Shown here: one piece after another, positions 1 through 9,999 of the stretch
Layout of the letters: each line of letters begins with the position of its first letter
Numbering within the stretch: the first letter of the stretch is position 1
Origin: Octopus sinensis
Taxonomy: Eukaryota
Assembly: GCF_006345805.1 (NCBI RefSeq)
Contig: NW_021827504.1
Location: 1 to 28,203 of the forward strand
Direction of reading: 5' to 3'
DNA: 28,203 nucleotides
Position numbers and translations under genes: made by a program
Notes under the pieces: model-generated
Database searches by the model: none
Seen by the model: the letters and a program-made list of their open reading frames with translations, nothing else
Told to the model about the DNA's origin: nothing

Positions 1-1899
1 CTTTTTCACACAACTATCTTCATCCATTCTCGCCACATGACCATACCAGCGCAAACGTCTCTCTTGCACACCACAACTGATGCTTCTTAGGTCCAGCTTT
101 TCTCTCAAGGTACTTACACTCTGCCGAGTATGAGTACTGACATTACACATCCATCGGAGCATACTGGCTTCATTTCTTGCGAGCTTACGCATATCCTCAG
201 CAGTCACGGCCCATGTTTCACTGCCATGTAGCATGGCTGTTTGTACACACGCATCATACAATCTGCCTTTCACTCTGTGCGAGAGGCCTTTTGTCACCAG
301 CAGAGGTAAGAGCTCTCTGAACTTTGCCCAAGCAATTCTTACTCTAGCAGTTACACTTTCAGGACACCCGCCCCCGCTGCTGACTTGGTCACCTAGGTAA
401 CGGAAACTATCAACTATTTCTAGTTTTTCTCCCTGGAAAGTGACGGAAGTTGGTCTCAGAGCATTTTCAGTGTTTATTGTTCCTGAGCATCTGCCACATA
501 CAAAAACCATCTTCCTAGTTAGCCTTCCTTTGACATTGCTGCACCACTTATGTGTCCATAGCTTACACTTGGTGCATCTTATAGAGTTTCTACCTACACC
601 TTTTCTACAGATCAAGCAGGGCCATCTACCTGAAGGCGTTTGTGATTTGTCTACCTTCCTACTGATTACGACTTTGGTTTTAGCTAGATTGACTCTGAGG
701 CCCTTCGATTCTAATCCTTGTTTCCACACCTGAAACTTCTCCTCCAGTTCTGATAGCGACTCAGCAATTAGAGCAAGGTCATCAGCATGGAGGAGCTCCC
801 AAGGGCATCCTGTCTTGAATTCCTCCATTATTGCCTGGAGGACTATGATAAATAGGAGGGGGCTGAGTACTGAGCCTTGGTGGACCCCAACCTCTACCCG
901 GAATTCTTCACTGTACTCGTTTCCAACCTTCACCCTACTAGCAGCGTCCCTATACATGGCTCTCACTAACCATTCATCTATCCCTAGTTTCCTCATTGCC
1001 CACCAGATAAGGGATCGGGGGACCCTGTCGAAGGCTTTCTCCATGTCAACAAAAGCCAGGTACAGGGGCTTATCTTTGGCTAGGTATTTCTCCTGCAGCT
1101 GCCTTACCAGGAATATAGCATCAGTAGTACTTTTCCCTGGCACAAACCCAAACTGCATCTCATCTAAACTAACTCTCTCTCTAATTAGTTGGGCTATGAC
1201 CCTCTTCGTAACCTTTATCACCTGATCCAACAGCTTGATACCTCTGTAGTTATTTGTATCTAGAGCGTCACCTTTACCTTTGTAGCAGTTGACTATTATG
1301 CTGCTACCCCAGTCATTGGGTATGACTCCTTTGTGTATCACCTGATTAACTATACGGGTGACTAGGCTATAGCCGACACTACCAGACATTTTGAGCATCT
1401 CTGCAGTGATTCCTGATGGGCCTGGGGCTTTCCCTGTCTTCATGCTTCTAATTGCCTTAGCTACCACGGAACTATCAACTCGGATAGCTGGTCCCTCTGT
1501 TGGGTCAACATTCGGCAGACTCTCTTTATCCCATTCATTTTCTTTATTCAGCAACCTTTCATAGTGGCATCTCCAAACTTCTCTCTTTGCATCCTCATTT
1601 AGCGCAAGTGAACCATCTTCCATGCGAACACACTTCTCTCCTACCACATCACGATTCTCTCTCACACACTGTCTTGCAACGCGAAACACCTCCAGTCTTT
1701 GGTCCTCAAGGCGCAGAACATTGGCAATTTTTTTCTTATCTGCTTCCCCTCTGGCTAAATAAACCTGTCTCCTAGCTTCTCTTTTGGCAGTCTGATACAA
1801 TTCCCTGCTACCCCCATTTTTCCAGACCTTCCAAGCCTGTCTCTTTTCTCTAATAGCCCTGTCTACAATATTGTTCCACCACCACGTTATTCTAGGTCG
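1..1899 (-). pseudogene. Reverse transcriptase and C-terminal region of the RTE ORF (open frame running off the window start; missing from the ORF track)
   Basis: Manual translation gives an uninterrupted frame: KAPGPSG, NYRGIKLL, QFGFVPGKSTTDAIF, AFVDMEKAFDRV, GVHQGSVLSPLLF, LLHADDL (YADD changed to HADD), VNLAKTK, FRYLG, LHGSETW, RRLRWYGHV. Confidence 0.92.
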
Positions 1900-2004
1900 G
1901 GAGGGGACTTTTGCACCAGCCACAGATCTGGTCAGTGGCTCTCAGCAGGTTGTCCCTTAGAAATGTCTAGTTGTCTTCTACCCCCTGTGATGCTCTATCC
2001 CCTT

Positions 2005-3000
2005 CTACTTCGTCAAAGGCTTCAAGTAATATGTCCCTAAATCTCTGTCCATTTGTCCATTTGCAGGATCTTTAAGCTTCCAAATCCTTCTTCTCCATAT
2101 TGGTCGTCTTCTGGTGTTCCTCCTAGTCCTGATCCTAAAGTCACTAACTCCCAGTCTATGTTGTGGGATACATTCTTCACCTGGGAAGGTTTTGGCATTT
2201 ATAAGCAGCCATCTCTCCCTTTGCCTTGCAAGGATGTAGTCAATTTGGCTGGTATGTTGGCCCGATCGGTAAGTGACTAGGTGGCTGGTAGGTTTCCTGA
2301 AGTTAGTGTTGCAAATCATAAGATTATTTGCATCGCAGAACTCCAGCAGCCTGGTTCCCTCCTCGTTGCGGGAGCCATAGCCATAGCCTCCATGTACGCC
2401 ATGGAAGCCCCCAGCATGTCGTCCAACGTGACCATTGAAGTCACCAGCCACAAAGATAAGGTCCCTGTCATTCGTCAACGAGGTAGTCTGCAGTAGAGTG
2501 TCATAGAATCGGTCTTTCTGTCCATCGGGTAGCCCCGACTGAGGAGCATAGGCTGATATAATGGTTGCTAAACTATGATGAAGCACTAATCTAATCTTAA
2601 GTATTCTGTCACATACTCTGATTACCTCAATTACTTTATCTACCCATTTCTCAGCGATAAGTATACCCACGCCACCAACCCCGTCAGTGTTCCCTGCCCA
2701 GAAAATCTTGTACCTGCGTTCCTTGCCTGTGAGGAACCTAGCTGATCCTCCTCTCCACCTTATTTCTTGCATGCAACATATATCCACACATCTCCGTTCA
2801 AGCATCTCGACTATCTCACCAGACCTACCTTTCAGAGTGCCAACGTTGAGGGTGCCAACCCTGAGGGTGTGGGAGGCATGGGCACTAGGGACCCTGGGAC
2901 GGTGGACAGTAGCTTCGTGTACCTGAAAAGAAAGCTCGCATTTGGCAGAATTCATGTGCAAGTAATGAAGTAGTAAAGTAGCCTTCAGTACAACCTGCAT
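2005..3000 (-). pseudogene. APE-type (EEP fold) endonuclease domain of the RTE ORF, frameshifted at its C-terminal end
   Basis: Motifs LRVGTLNVGTL, DICCMQEIRW, GVGILI, ISAYAPQ, VAGDFNGHVG, SQIDYIL, SDF. Frame breaks at an 8-bp tandem duplication TGTCCATT (2046-2053 and 2054-2061) absent from copy 2. TAG at 1967-1969; +1 T at 1899-1902. Confidence 0.93.
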
Positions 3001-3147
3001 AACACTAGCCTTTCATATTTTGCACTGTATGAACATTACCTTACATAGGTCGAGACTAGGGAGGGGTAGGGATAGTGAGAGCATTTGCAGTCTTCATGGG
3101 AAGCAACCCCGGAATGGCAAAGAATAGGAACTTCCGGCATGTGTGGA

Positions 3148-3164
3148 GGGAGTGGGAGGGCGGG
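3148..3164 (+). other. Canonical G-quadruplex-forming motif in putative RTE 5' UTR
   Basis: GGG-AGT-GGG-A-GGG-C-GGG (G3N3G3N1G3N1G3); sequence pattern only. Confidence 0.55.
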
Positions 3165-3211
3165 TGCACCGTAGGTTCTGTTAATCGTATGAGCTAGCAA
3201 ATGGGTTTGAT

Positions 3212-3307
3212 AAATCAGAGTGGCTATGAATCGGGAGACAAGACTAAACGAAAAAATTTAAAAATCAGAGTGGCTATGAACCGGGAGACAAGACTAAACG
3301 AAAAAAA
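3212..3307. repeat. 50-bp tandem duplication (2 units)
   Basis: AAATCAGAGTGGCTATGAA(T/C)CGGGAGACAAGACTAAACGAAAAAA at 3212 and 3262. Confidence 0.95.
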
Positions 3308-3529
3308 TGTTTGAGCTAGACAGGGTAATGAGGGAATACTGAAAGAATGAGGAACAATACAATGAGATGGAAATTGAAGAATAGTGAAAGAATAAAGATG
3401 ATAAGTGCAAAGATAGAAGGTAGTCGTAGCGAGGTTGAACGATTCACTTAGCTTTAGCCATTCATGATCTGTGCGTATTTCTTCTTTAGATATTTTGAAG
3501 CGAGTGGGGTTAACGATAATGCGATCGCT

Positions 3530-3537
3530 CTTTTATA
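3530..3537 (-). promoter_or_regulatory. Candidate TATA box oriented toward the RTE ORF
   Basis: Minus strand reads TATAAAAG at the edge of the CpG-containing putative 5' UTR. Motif only; could be chance in AT-rich DNA. Confidence 0.2.
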
Positions 3538-3552
3538 TATGGCGATGATGGT

Positions 3553-3583
<31 letters not shown>

Positions 3584-3606
3584 TAATAATAATAATAATA
3601 ATAATA

Positions 3607-3638
<32 letters not shown>
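3553..3638. repeat. Compound microsatellite (AAT)n(GAT)n
   Basis: Direct reading. Confidence 0.97.
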
Positions 3639-3639
<1 letters not shown>

Positions 3640-3989
3640 ATAAGAAGAAGTAGTGGGGCAGCATCATAGCCATGTGTAGAGAGGAATTCCTTGATGTTTG
3701 GGTAATTCACCTTTGGAAATATGGGTGTTTCATTCAATGTCCTTAAACAACCCTTATTCAGGGACCTTTTGAGCAGAATGGGCTACTTGACTTGAAGAAA
3801 ATTCTAACTGGGCCCCACCTGCAAGGTCATGTGCTGTTTATCTTGATATAAGATCACCATGTCACGCACATATGGTTGTGATGCATGTGCCTTGTGTACC
3901 CTTATCAGACAGGTAGTCATGATGGGTATACTGGGCTTCGTATATTTTACCCCAGTGTCACTTTGATGGCATGAACTGCTCTCTCACTC

Positions 3990-4313
<324 letters not shown>

Positions 4314-4420
4314 TAATAATAATAATAATAATAATAATGGATAGTATGGAACGGTGGGCTGCAGGTAGCATGCAAGATTCTAGGAGTTCTAACAAAACCT
4401 GTGATACAAAGAAAATAACA

Positions 4421-4640
4421 ATAATGCTTTCAAATTTTGGCATAAGGCCAGCAATTTGGGGTTGGATGTTAACTCAATTAGACTGACCCCAGGGTTCAAC
4501 AGCTACTTATTTTATTGACCCCTAAAAGGTGAAGGACAAAGTTGACCTCAGTGGAATTTGAACTCAAAGCATAAAAAACAGATTAAATACTGCTAAGCAC
4601 TTTGCTCAGCATGCTAATGATTCTGCCAGCTCAACACCTT
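4421..4640 (-). mobile_element. tRNA-derived SINE, type B (second copy)
   Basis: Colinear with 4098-4313; B-box GAGTTCAAATTCC on the minus strand. Confidence 0.8.
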
Positions 4641-4800
4641 AATAAGAACTATAATTATTATTATTATGATATCTGTGTGTTTTGATATTAAGATTGAAAA
4701 ATTTGACTTTGTTTATAAACATTTTTAGACCTGGGTTTACAACCTCTAAGTAAATATTGTTCCCACACTTACAGACATATGTTTGCAATGACACACTCAT

Positions 4801-5061
4801 ATCATCATCATCATCATCGTTTAACGTCCGCTTTCCATGCTAGCATGGGTTGGACGATTTGACTGAGGACTGGCAAACCAGATGGCTGCACCAGGTTCCA
4901 ATCTGATCTGGCAGAGTTTCTACAGCTGGATGCCCTTCCTAATGCCAACTACTTCAAGAGTGTAGTGGGTGCTTTTACGTGCCACCAGTATGAGGGCCAG
5001 TCCAGCGGCACTGGCAACGACCTCGCTCGAATGTTTTTTTCCAGTGCCAGTAAGGCGACAG
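4801..5061 (-). mobile_element. 5'-truncated RTE 3'-UTR fragment with (GAT)n tail
   Basis: (ATC)n then GTTTAACGTCCGCTTTCCATGCTAGCATGGGTTGGACG...GGATGCCCTTCCTAA, matching the 3' end of the RTE at 14404-14600. Confidence 0.9.
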
Positions 5062-5287
5062 AAACTAATATACACACATATATATATAAATAAGTAAACG
5101 GCTCTCACTTTGTAATGAGTATTCCAGTTGTTTGATCAACTGAATTACCCACTTGTTTAATTAAGATGTAAATGGTTGTGTATTCCATAGACACATATAT
5201 TCTTAACCCAGTTCTCAGATATAATCAACTTAAGACAGGGTGTGAGATGACTGGCCCTTTGATTTACAGTGGCCCTTTGATTTTCAC

Positions 5288-5435
5288 AAAGCTTCTTCAT
5301 TGTTTCAGTCCACTTATTTTCATCTACAAGTCAAGGGTGAAAGAGAGGCTATAGCAAAAGATACTGGCCCAACTTGCCCTGAAAAGCATCCAATCCAAGG
5401 ACTCATGATTGAGAAGTGAACTTGTTAGTCATTTA
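5288..5435 (-). mobile_element. Highly decayed CORE-type SINE head fragment
   Basis: GAGGCTATAGCAAAAGATACTGGCCCAA resembles GAGGCTATAGTAGAAGACACTTGCCCAA at 13424-13451. Confidence 0.4.
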
Positions 5436-5513
5436 TCCACTCACATACATCTACAAACCAATCCACATACAGACATACAAAGATATATAAACCAACAGGT
5501 ATACACATATACC

Positions 5514-5933
5514 CAGGGTCAGATTAGGACCCACCATAGAGGCCCTAAGAACTGAAAAGATTTTGGTACCCCCATATATGCATAATTCAAAACATAAATA
5601 ATAATAACCCATAGAATGAATTTTTATTTTCCAAAATGAAACAAAACTAACAGTAAGATGGAAAATAATGTTTATCTTTGTATACTTCCACTTTATATTT
5701 GAAAAGTTTTCTCCTACTTTTTTTAATTGCCAAGTTTTTTGTCAGTTCCTCACTGTGACACCATTAACACTTCAAAATCATATTTCCAATCATAAGAACC
5801 ACTTTGAATATCATTTTAGAAAGTTTAAAATGATTTCTTTTGTGCTGTAAGCTATTTACCATTTCTGTGCTGCCCCATTTCCCGCGATGCTTTGAGCACA
5901 TGCTTATTTTGCTTAATGGTTAACCCAGCACTG
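5514..5933. mobile_element. hAT-type MITE (420 bp) with 8-bp target-site duplication
   Basis: Left end CAGGGTCAGATTAG; reverse complement of right end CAGTGCTGGGTTAA (decayed TIR). Flanks CATATACC (5506-5513) and CATAGACC (5934-5941) match 7/8. An 8-bp TSD with CAG termini is typical of hAT elements. Confidence 0.62.
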
Positions 5934-5984
5934 CATAGACCCAACAACATATACACACAACCCAACATGCTGATTACTACTTCT

Positions 5985-6333
5985 TGTCTGAAGAGTGCCA
6001 CTTCTTCATTGAACATTGCACACAGGTGGAGTTTGAACCCAGCTTTCGTTGTGCAAGAACATCCATAGATGTGACACTTATTTCTCTTTTCAGTGCAAAG
6101 ATACTGTGGTGTGCATGATGGTAGAACCATTCCGCAAGCAGCTCAATTTCTCTCAGGCTCATCTGACTTTAGATGGTTGACAAACCTAGCTCTTGAGAAA
6201 AGGAATTCTCCACACACATTGCACTTCAATACCTGGTGGTTTCTGTAGGTTCTGCATTTGGGTCCCACTCATGGAGTCAACACTTCAGAGCAGTAAGCTT
6301 CATTTGCTTTTCCTCAAAGACATCATATCTCCT
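5985..6333 (-). pseudogene. Decayed C-terminus of an older RTE-type ORF with two C2H2-like zinc fingers
   Basis: Translation across one frameshift and stops: [14 protein letters not shown]...LKCNVCGEFLFSRARFVNHLKS...KCHIYGCSCTTKAGFKLHL. This fits the FEE-x-R...CxxCGRxCxSxxGLxxH terminus known from RTE elements. Confidence 0.55.
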
Positions 6334-6650
6334 AACACACACACACACACACATACACACACACACACACACACACGTGCACACACACACACACATGCAC
6401 ACACACACATGCACATACATACACACACATGCACACACACACATGCACACATGTATACATACATACACACACATGTATACACATGTATATATCAACACAC
6501 ACACACACACACATCCATACATGTACATACGCACACACATGCACACATGTATACATCAACACACATATATATTCTCACACACACACACACATACTAATAC
6601 ATATATTTACTGACATATGTGCATAAATACATATACACACATATACGCAT
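6334..6650. repeat. Imperfect (CA)n/(CACATG) microsatellite
   Basis: Direct reading; source of the His/Thr and Cys/Val ORFs in the track. Confidence 0.97.
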
Positions 6651-7239
6651 ATATTTATTAACAACATCAGATTCATCAGAAGAAAATAACTGAAAGATTC
6701 AAATCCCTCCACAACCCTTACCATTCTTTGCTGTCTCCTCCCATGAGTTAATGATCCTCTAATGAAGCTTGTTTAACATTTCAAAGGTGAATTACACTCT
6801 ATATTACTATCATCTCTGACTGCCACCCCCCCCGTCCACCAGCCCCACCACCGCTCACCGACTTTGCCATCCCAAGCTCTTCCACTACAACCACCTTAAC
6901 CACACATCCCTACAATTACCATCGCAACAACCACAACTGCCACTACTCCCCCTCCCCAATCCCAGTCATCATCATTGACACCATTATTATTATTTCTACA
7001 GATGCAGCTTCTGAAGCTGTTGTTGTTGTTGTACAACTAGTTGTTGTTGTTTATATTAAGCAGAAGTCAAAGTTAGAAAGAAATTTGTCTTTTGACTCAA
7101 CGGGAGAAGGAATGATATTTTATCTCCCCCTTACTCCCTGCTTTCTCAAAAATGAGATATGATTGTGATTTCTAAGACCATGTATCTCCCCTACAGTAAG
7201 ATACCTGTTTCTGTCTCTCTGTCTCACTCTAACCTTTCC

Positions 7240-7430
7240 TCATCTGACACAAGATCACCTCTTCCAAATCCCCTTCCACTCTCAAAAGATCTTTGTCCTG
7301 CAAGTTATTTGGTGACCCTGCCAGTGCTCGGGTCACTCGAAAAGCATCCAATCCACACTGTAAACTGACTGGCATTTGGAAGGGCATCCAGCAGTAAAAA
7401 CCATGCCAAACTGACCTGGCCTGTACTTGT
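7240..7430 (+). mobile_element. Older RTE-subfamily 3'-UTR fragment
   Basis: TGGCATTTGGAAGGGCATCCAGCAGTAAAAACCATGCCAAA matches the RTE 3' UTR (11230-11275); upstream part matches 17720-17830. Confidence 0.65.
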
Positions 7431-7563
7431 GCCACTTAAAACGCACTTAGTCCATTTAATTTATTAATGTAATGTAAATTTAATAATAAATGTAACTTAA
7501 GTGAAGTAGTAAATAAATGTGTGGTAGCCTTAAATGTAGGTAGTAGTGGTAGTGATAATGGTG

Positions 7564-7570
<7 letters not shown>

Positions 7571-7612
<42 letters not shown>

Positions 7613-7665
7613 TAATAATAATAATAATAATAATAATATGATAATAATAATAACGATAATAATAA
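7571..7665. repeat. (AAT)n microsatellite
   Basis: Direct reading. Confidence 0.95.
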
Positions 7666-7765
7666 TGTGTTGTATTACATGGAGATATTTCTCTACTTCC
7701 CCTCCCCAAGCTTTCAGCTATATTTCAACAACTCTTAACCTTCACTTGCCCTAGGGCGCTGGGTG

Positions 7766-7811
7766 TGCCCCGGCAAGTGATTGCATCAAACATGCAGATT
7801 AAAAGTAAATG

Positions 7812-7845
<34 letters not shown>

Positions 7846-8177
7846 AAATCAAAATGTGACTTACATTGGATCGACATCAAATAAAATTAAACAAAGGGTG
7901 GCTCAGATTTGTACTCTTTTAAGAAAAAAAAATTGATGAACTGGACAGGCTTAAGTAAATATATATGGGAATTAAAAACTAAAGATATAAAGTATAAATT
8001 AAAATGGGAAATAATATGTAAAACGAAATCATATAGAATAGATAAGGAATTCTGTCTTCTGTGTACACTCAAATTTATGGAAATATTAAAAGCTAAAATA
8101 ACACCAATCAACACCCAGGATGAATGAAAAATAAATGTAAACATAAACTGAATTGCCTATTTAATAAGATGAGATAA
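7766..8177 (+). pseudogene. GIY-YIG endonuclease domain (ORF C-terminus) of a Penelope-like element
   Basis: CP-GK*L...VTYIGSTSNKIKQRVAQ/(H)LYSFK...TGLSKYIWELKTKDIKYKLKWEIICKTKSY...CLLCTLK...INTQDE/KCKHK...*. Matches the YIG, TxLSKxIWxLK, W-x-I, CxLC, LN-x-E and CRH pattern of Penelope-like C-terminal endonucleases; two frameshifts. Confidence 0.85.
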
Positions 8178-8976
8178 CGCTTGATTCTTTAGAAAATAAA
8201 TAAAACCCTAATTTTAAATCAAATAAAATTTAATCATAATAATTAGATATAATGTATAATCATATTTTATTATTTAGTATAACTAATTATTTCTATATAT
8301 ATGTCAGATAATACTAAATTAACTTCTAATTTCAGATATTTTAGTTTCTTAATAAAAATCTATAGTATAATATTTGATGGTATTATTTGAAACTTTTAAT
8401 CTCAATTTAGAAACTCAAATTTAAGAATAATAGTATAATCAATATATATTAATTGTATTATAATTATAAAAATAATAAAAAATTATATTTTTACTGATTT
8501 TTACTAATTTTACTGACTTTTACTTATTTCAAAATATTTTAAAATATTCTAAAATTATATGTTGAGTAATTTAGTTTACCTGTTTACCAACCTAGAAATT
8601 TATTATTTATCAAAGTTAATATAAAAATAAATCAAATTAACCAGGAAAAAAATTAGACTATTCCCATCATACACTTCTGGTTTCTCTTGATTTATTATTA
8701 TTATAAATAATAGAAAATTTAAGAACTTTTAAATGTTAATAAGAATTATCTCCCCTACAATGTAGCTCTCAATGTTGGATTATACAATTGCTGGTAGCCA
8801 TGTTTAATTCATGGAGAGAAAATTACCATTCATATAAGTTAACATTTCTTTTTCCTACTTTTATTCCACATTTCTGTTCATTATTTACTAAAGTAAAATT
8901 ATTCCAACAACTTCTAGTTATATAATTTTAGTTCCTCATGTCTTAATATACGATGTAAATAGCAAAATAAGTTCAT

Positions 8977-9091
8977 ATTAGATAGACCTGAAGATTGGAA
9001 ATATAATCTTTTTAATATGGTATTGTATAGACATTCTATTTCAACAATATCGAGGAATATGTTGTCATGAAACGCATGTAGTCTAGATAAT
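8977..9091 (+). ncRNA. Type I hammerhead ribozyme-like motif (probably partly decayed)
   Basis: Stem I TAGAC (8983-8987)/GTCTA (9081-9085), extended by ATTA/TAAT. Core CTGAAGA 8988-8994. Stem II 8996-9009/9054-9067. GAAA 9069-9072. Stem III AC/GT with GCAT loop. GTA cleavage triplet 9078-9080. Confidence 0.7.
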
Positions 9092-9163
9092 GTAAAGTAT
9101 ATGATTTGTAATAAGAATTGAAGGTATTAATTTTGATAATTTTAATATTTAGTCCTATATGTA

Positions 9164-9536
9164 CATCATCATCATCATCATTTAGCGTCCGCCTTCCATG
9201 CTAGCATGGGTTGGACGGTTCAACTGGGGTCTGGGAAGCCAGAAGGCTGCACCAGACCCAGTCTTATCTGGCAATGTTTCTACGGCTGGATGCCCTTCCT
9301 AACGCCAACCACTCTGTGAGTGTAGTGGGTGCTTTTTACATGCCACCGGCACAGGTGCCAGACGAGGCTGGCAAACGGCCATGGTCAGATGGTGCGTTTT
9401 ACGTGCCACCGGAACAGGGTCCAGGCGAGGCTGGCAACGGTCACAATCGGATGGTTCACTTACGTGCCACCGGCACTGGTATCACAGCTACAATTTCCAT
9501 TGATGTTGATCGATTTCGATTTCGATTTTGATTTTT
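9164..9536 (-). mobile_element. 5'-truncated RTE 3'-UTR fragment with (GAT)n tail
   Basis: Colinear with 14404-14770 and, inverted, with 10990-11371. Confidence 0.93.
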
Positions 9537-9648
9537 GCTTGAGGGTGATTCTGTCTATTTATATGTATATAATACAGTGAGTAATTCATTTTAGTACCAC
9601 TAAATTGAACTTCTCTCCCCTGTGGACTCGGAAATAACTTCCCTAATA

Positions 9649-9653
<5 letters not shown>

Positions 9654-9686
<33 letters not shown>
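9654..9686. repeat. (AT)n microsatellite
   Basis: Direct reading. Confidence 0.97.
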
Positions 9687-9689
<3 letters not shown>

Positions 9690-9789
9690 ATAAGTACTTC
9701 AAGACTGTTTTATCGACCTAGGAAAGATGAAGCCAATCTGCGCAGGATTTGAATTCAGACTGGTTACTGCCATGGGGATATGGTATCAA

Positions 9790-9965
9790 ATTTTAGAGTG
9801 GATAAATTACCTCCAGTACAACTTGATTTGAACTTTACTTTATTTTACCTCAAAGGGATTAAAGGTAAAGTTGAATCCAACAGGATTTGAACTCAGGACA
9901 TTAGGATACATAACTAAATATTGCAAAGTAGGTATTTATGTACCTTAATGATTTTGCCTCTTAAT
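9790..9965 (-). mobile_element. Decayed type B SINE
   Basis: AAAGGTAAAGTTGAATCCAACAGGATTTGAACTCAGGAC matches the core and B-box of 4200-4250 and 13030-13075. Confidence 0.6.
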
Positions 9966-9999
9966 TCCTCTAATAATAATCACAACAGCAACAACAATA

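Larger units (their letters stand above)
1..3545 (-). mobile_element. RTE-clade non-LTR retrotransposon, young copy 1 (near full length; 3' end lies beyond window start; 5' boundary uncertain)
   Basis: APE endonuclease (2005-3000) and RT (1-1899) on the minus strand. 1-2195 aligns with the second copy at 15045-17240. 3000-3545 is CpG-containing non-coding sequence taken as putative 5' UTR; that boundary is inference. Confidence 0.88.

Noticed and set aside
1-2195. Segmental duplication or misassembly explaining identity with 15045-17240
   Set aside because: Homology is limited to the LINE, the copies differ by 2-10% with distinct lesions, and copy 2 is 5'-truncated.
440-2973. Plus-strand ORFs such as 440-733, 815-1225, 1500-1775, 2053-2496 and their twins at 15483-17168
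   Set aside because: They are antisense shadows of the RTE ORF and recur only because the LINE is duplicated; no independent protein features.
3060-3200. HDV-like ribozyme in the RTE 5' UTR (known for some RTEs)
   Set aside because: Only a CCGGAA/TTCCGG pairing was found; the nested double pseudoknot and catalytic C context could not be assembled.
6825-7055. C-rich (CCA/ACC) and (TTG)n low-complexity tracts
   Set aside because: Degenerate simple repeats with no consistent unit or structure.
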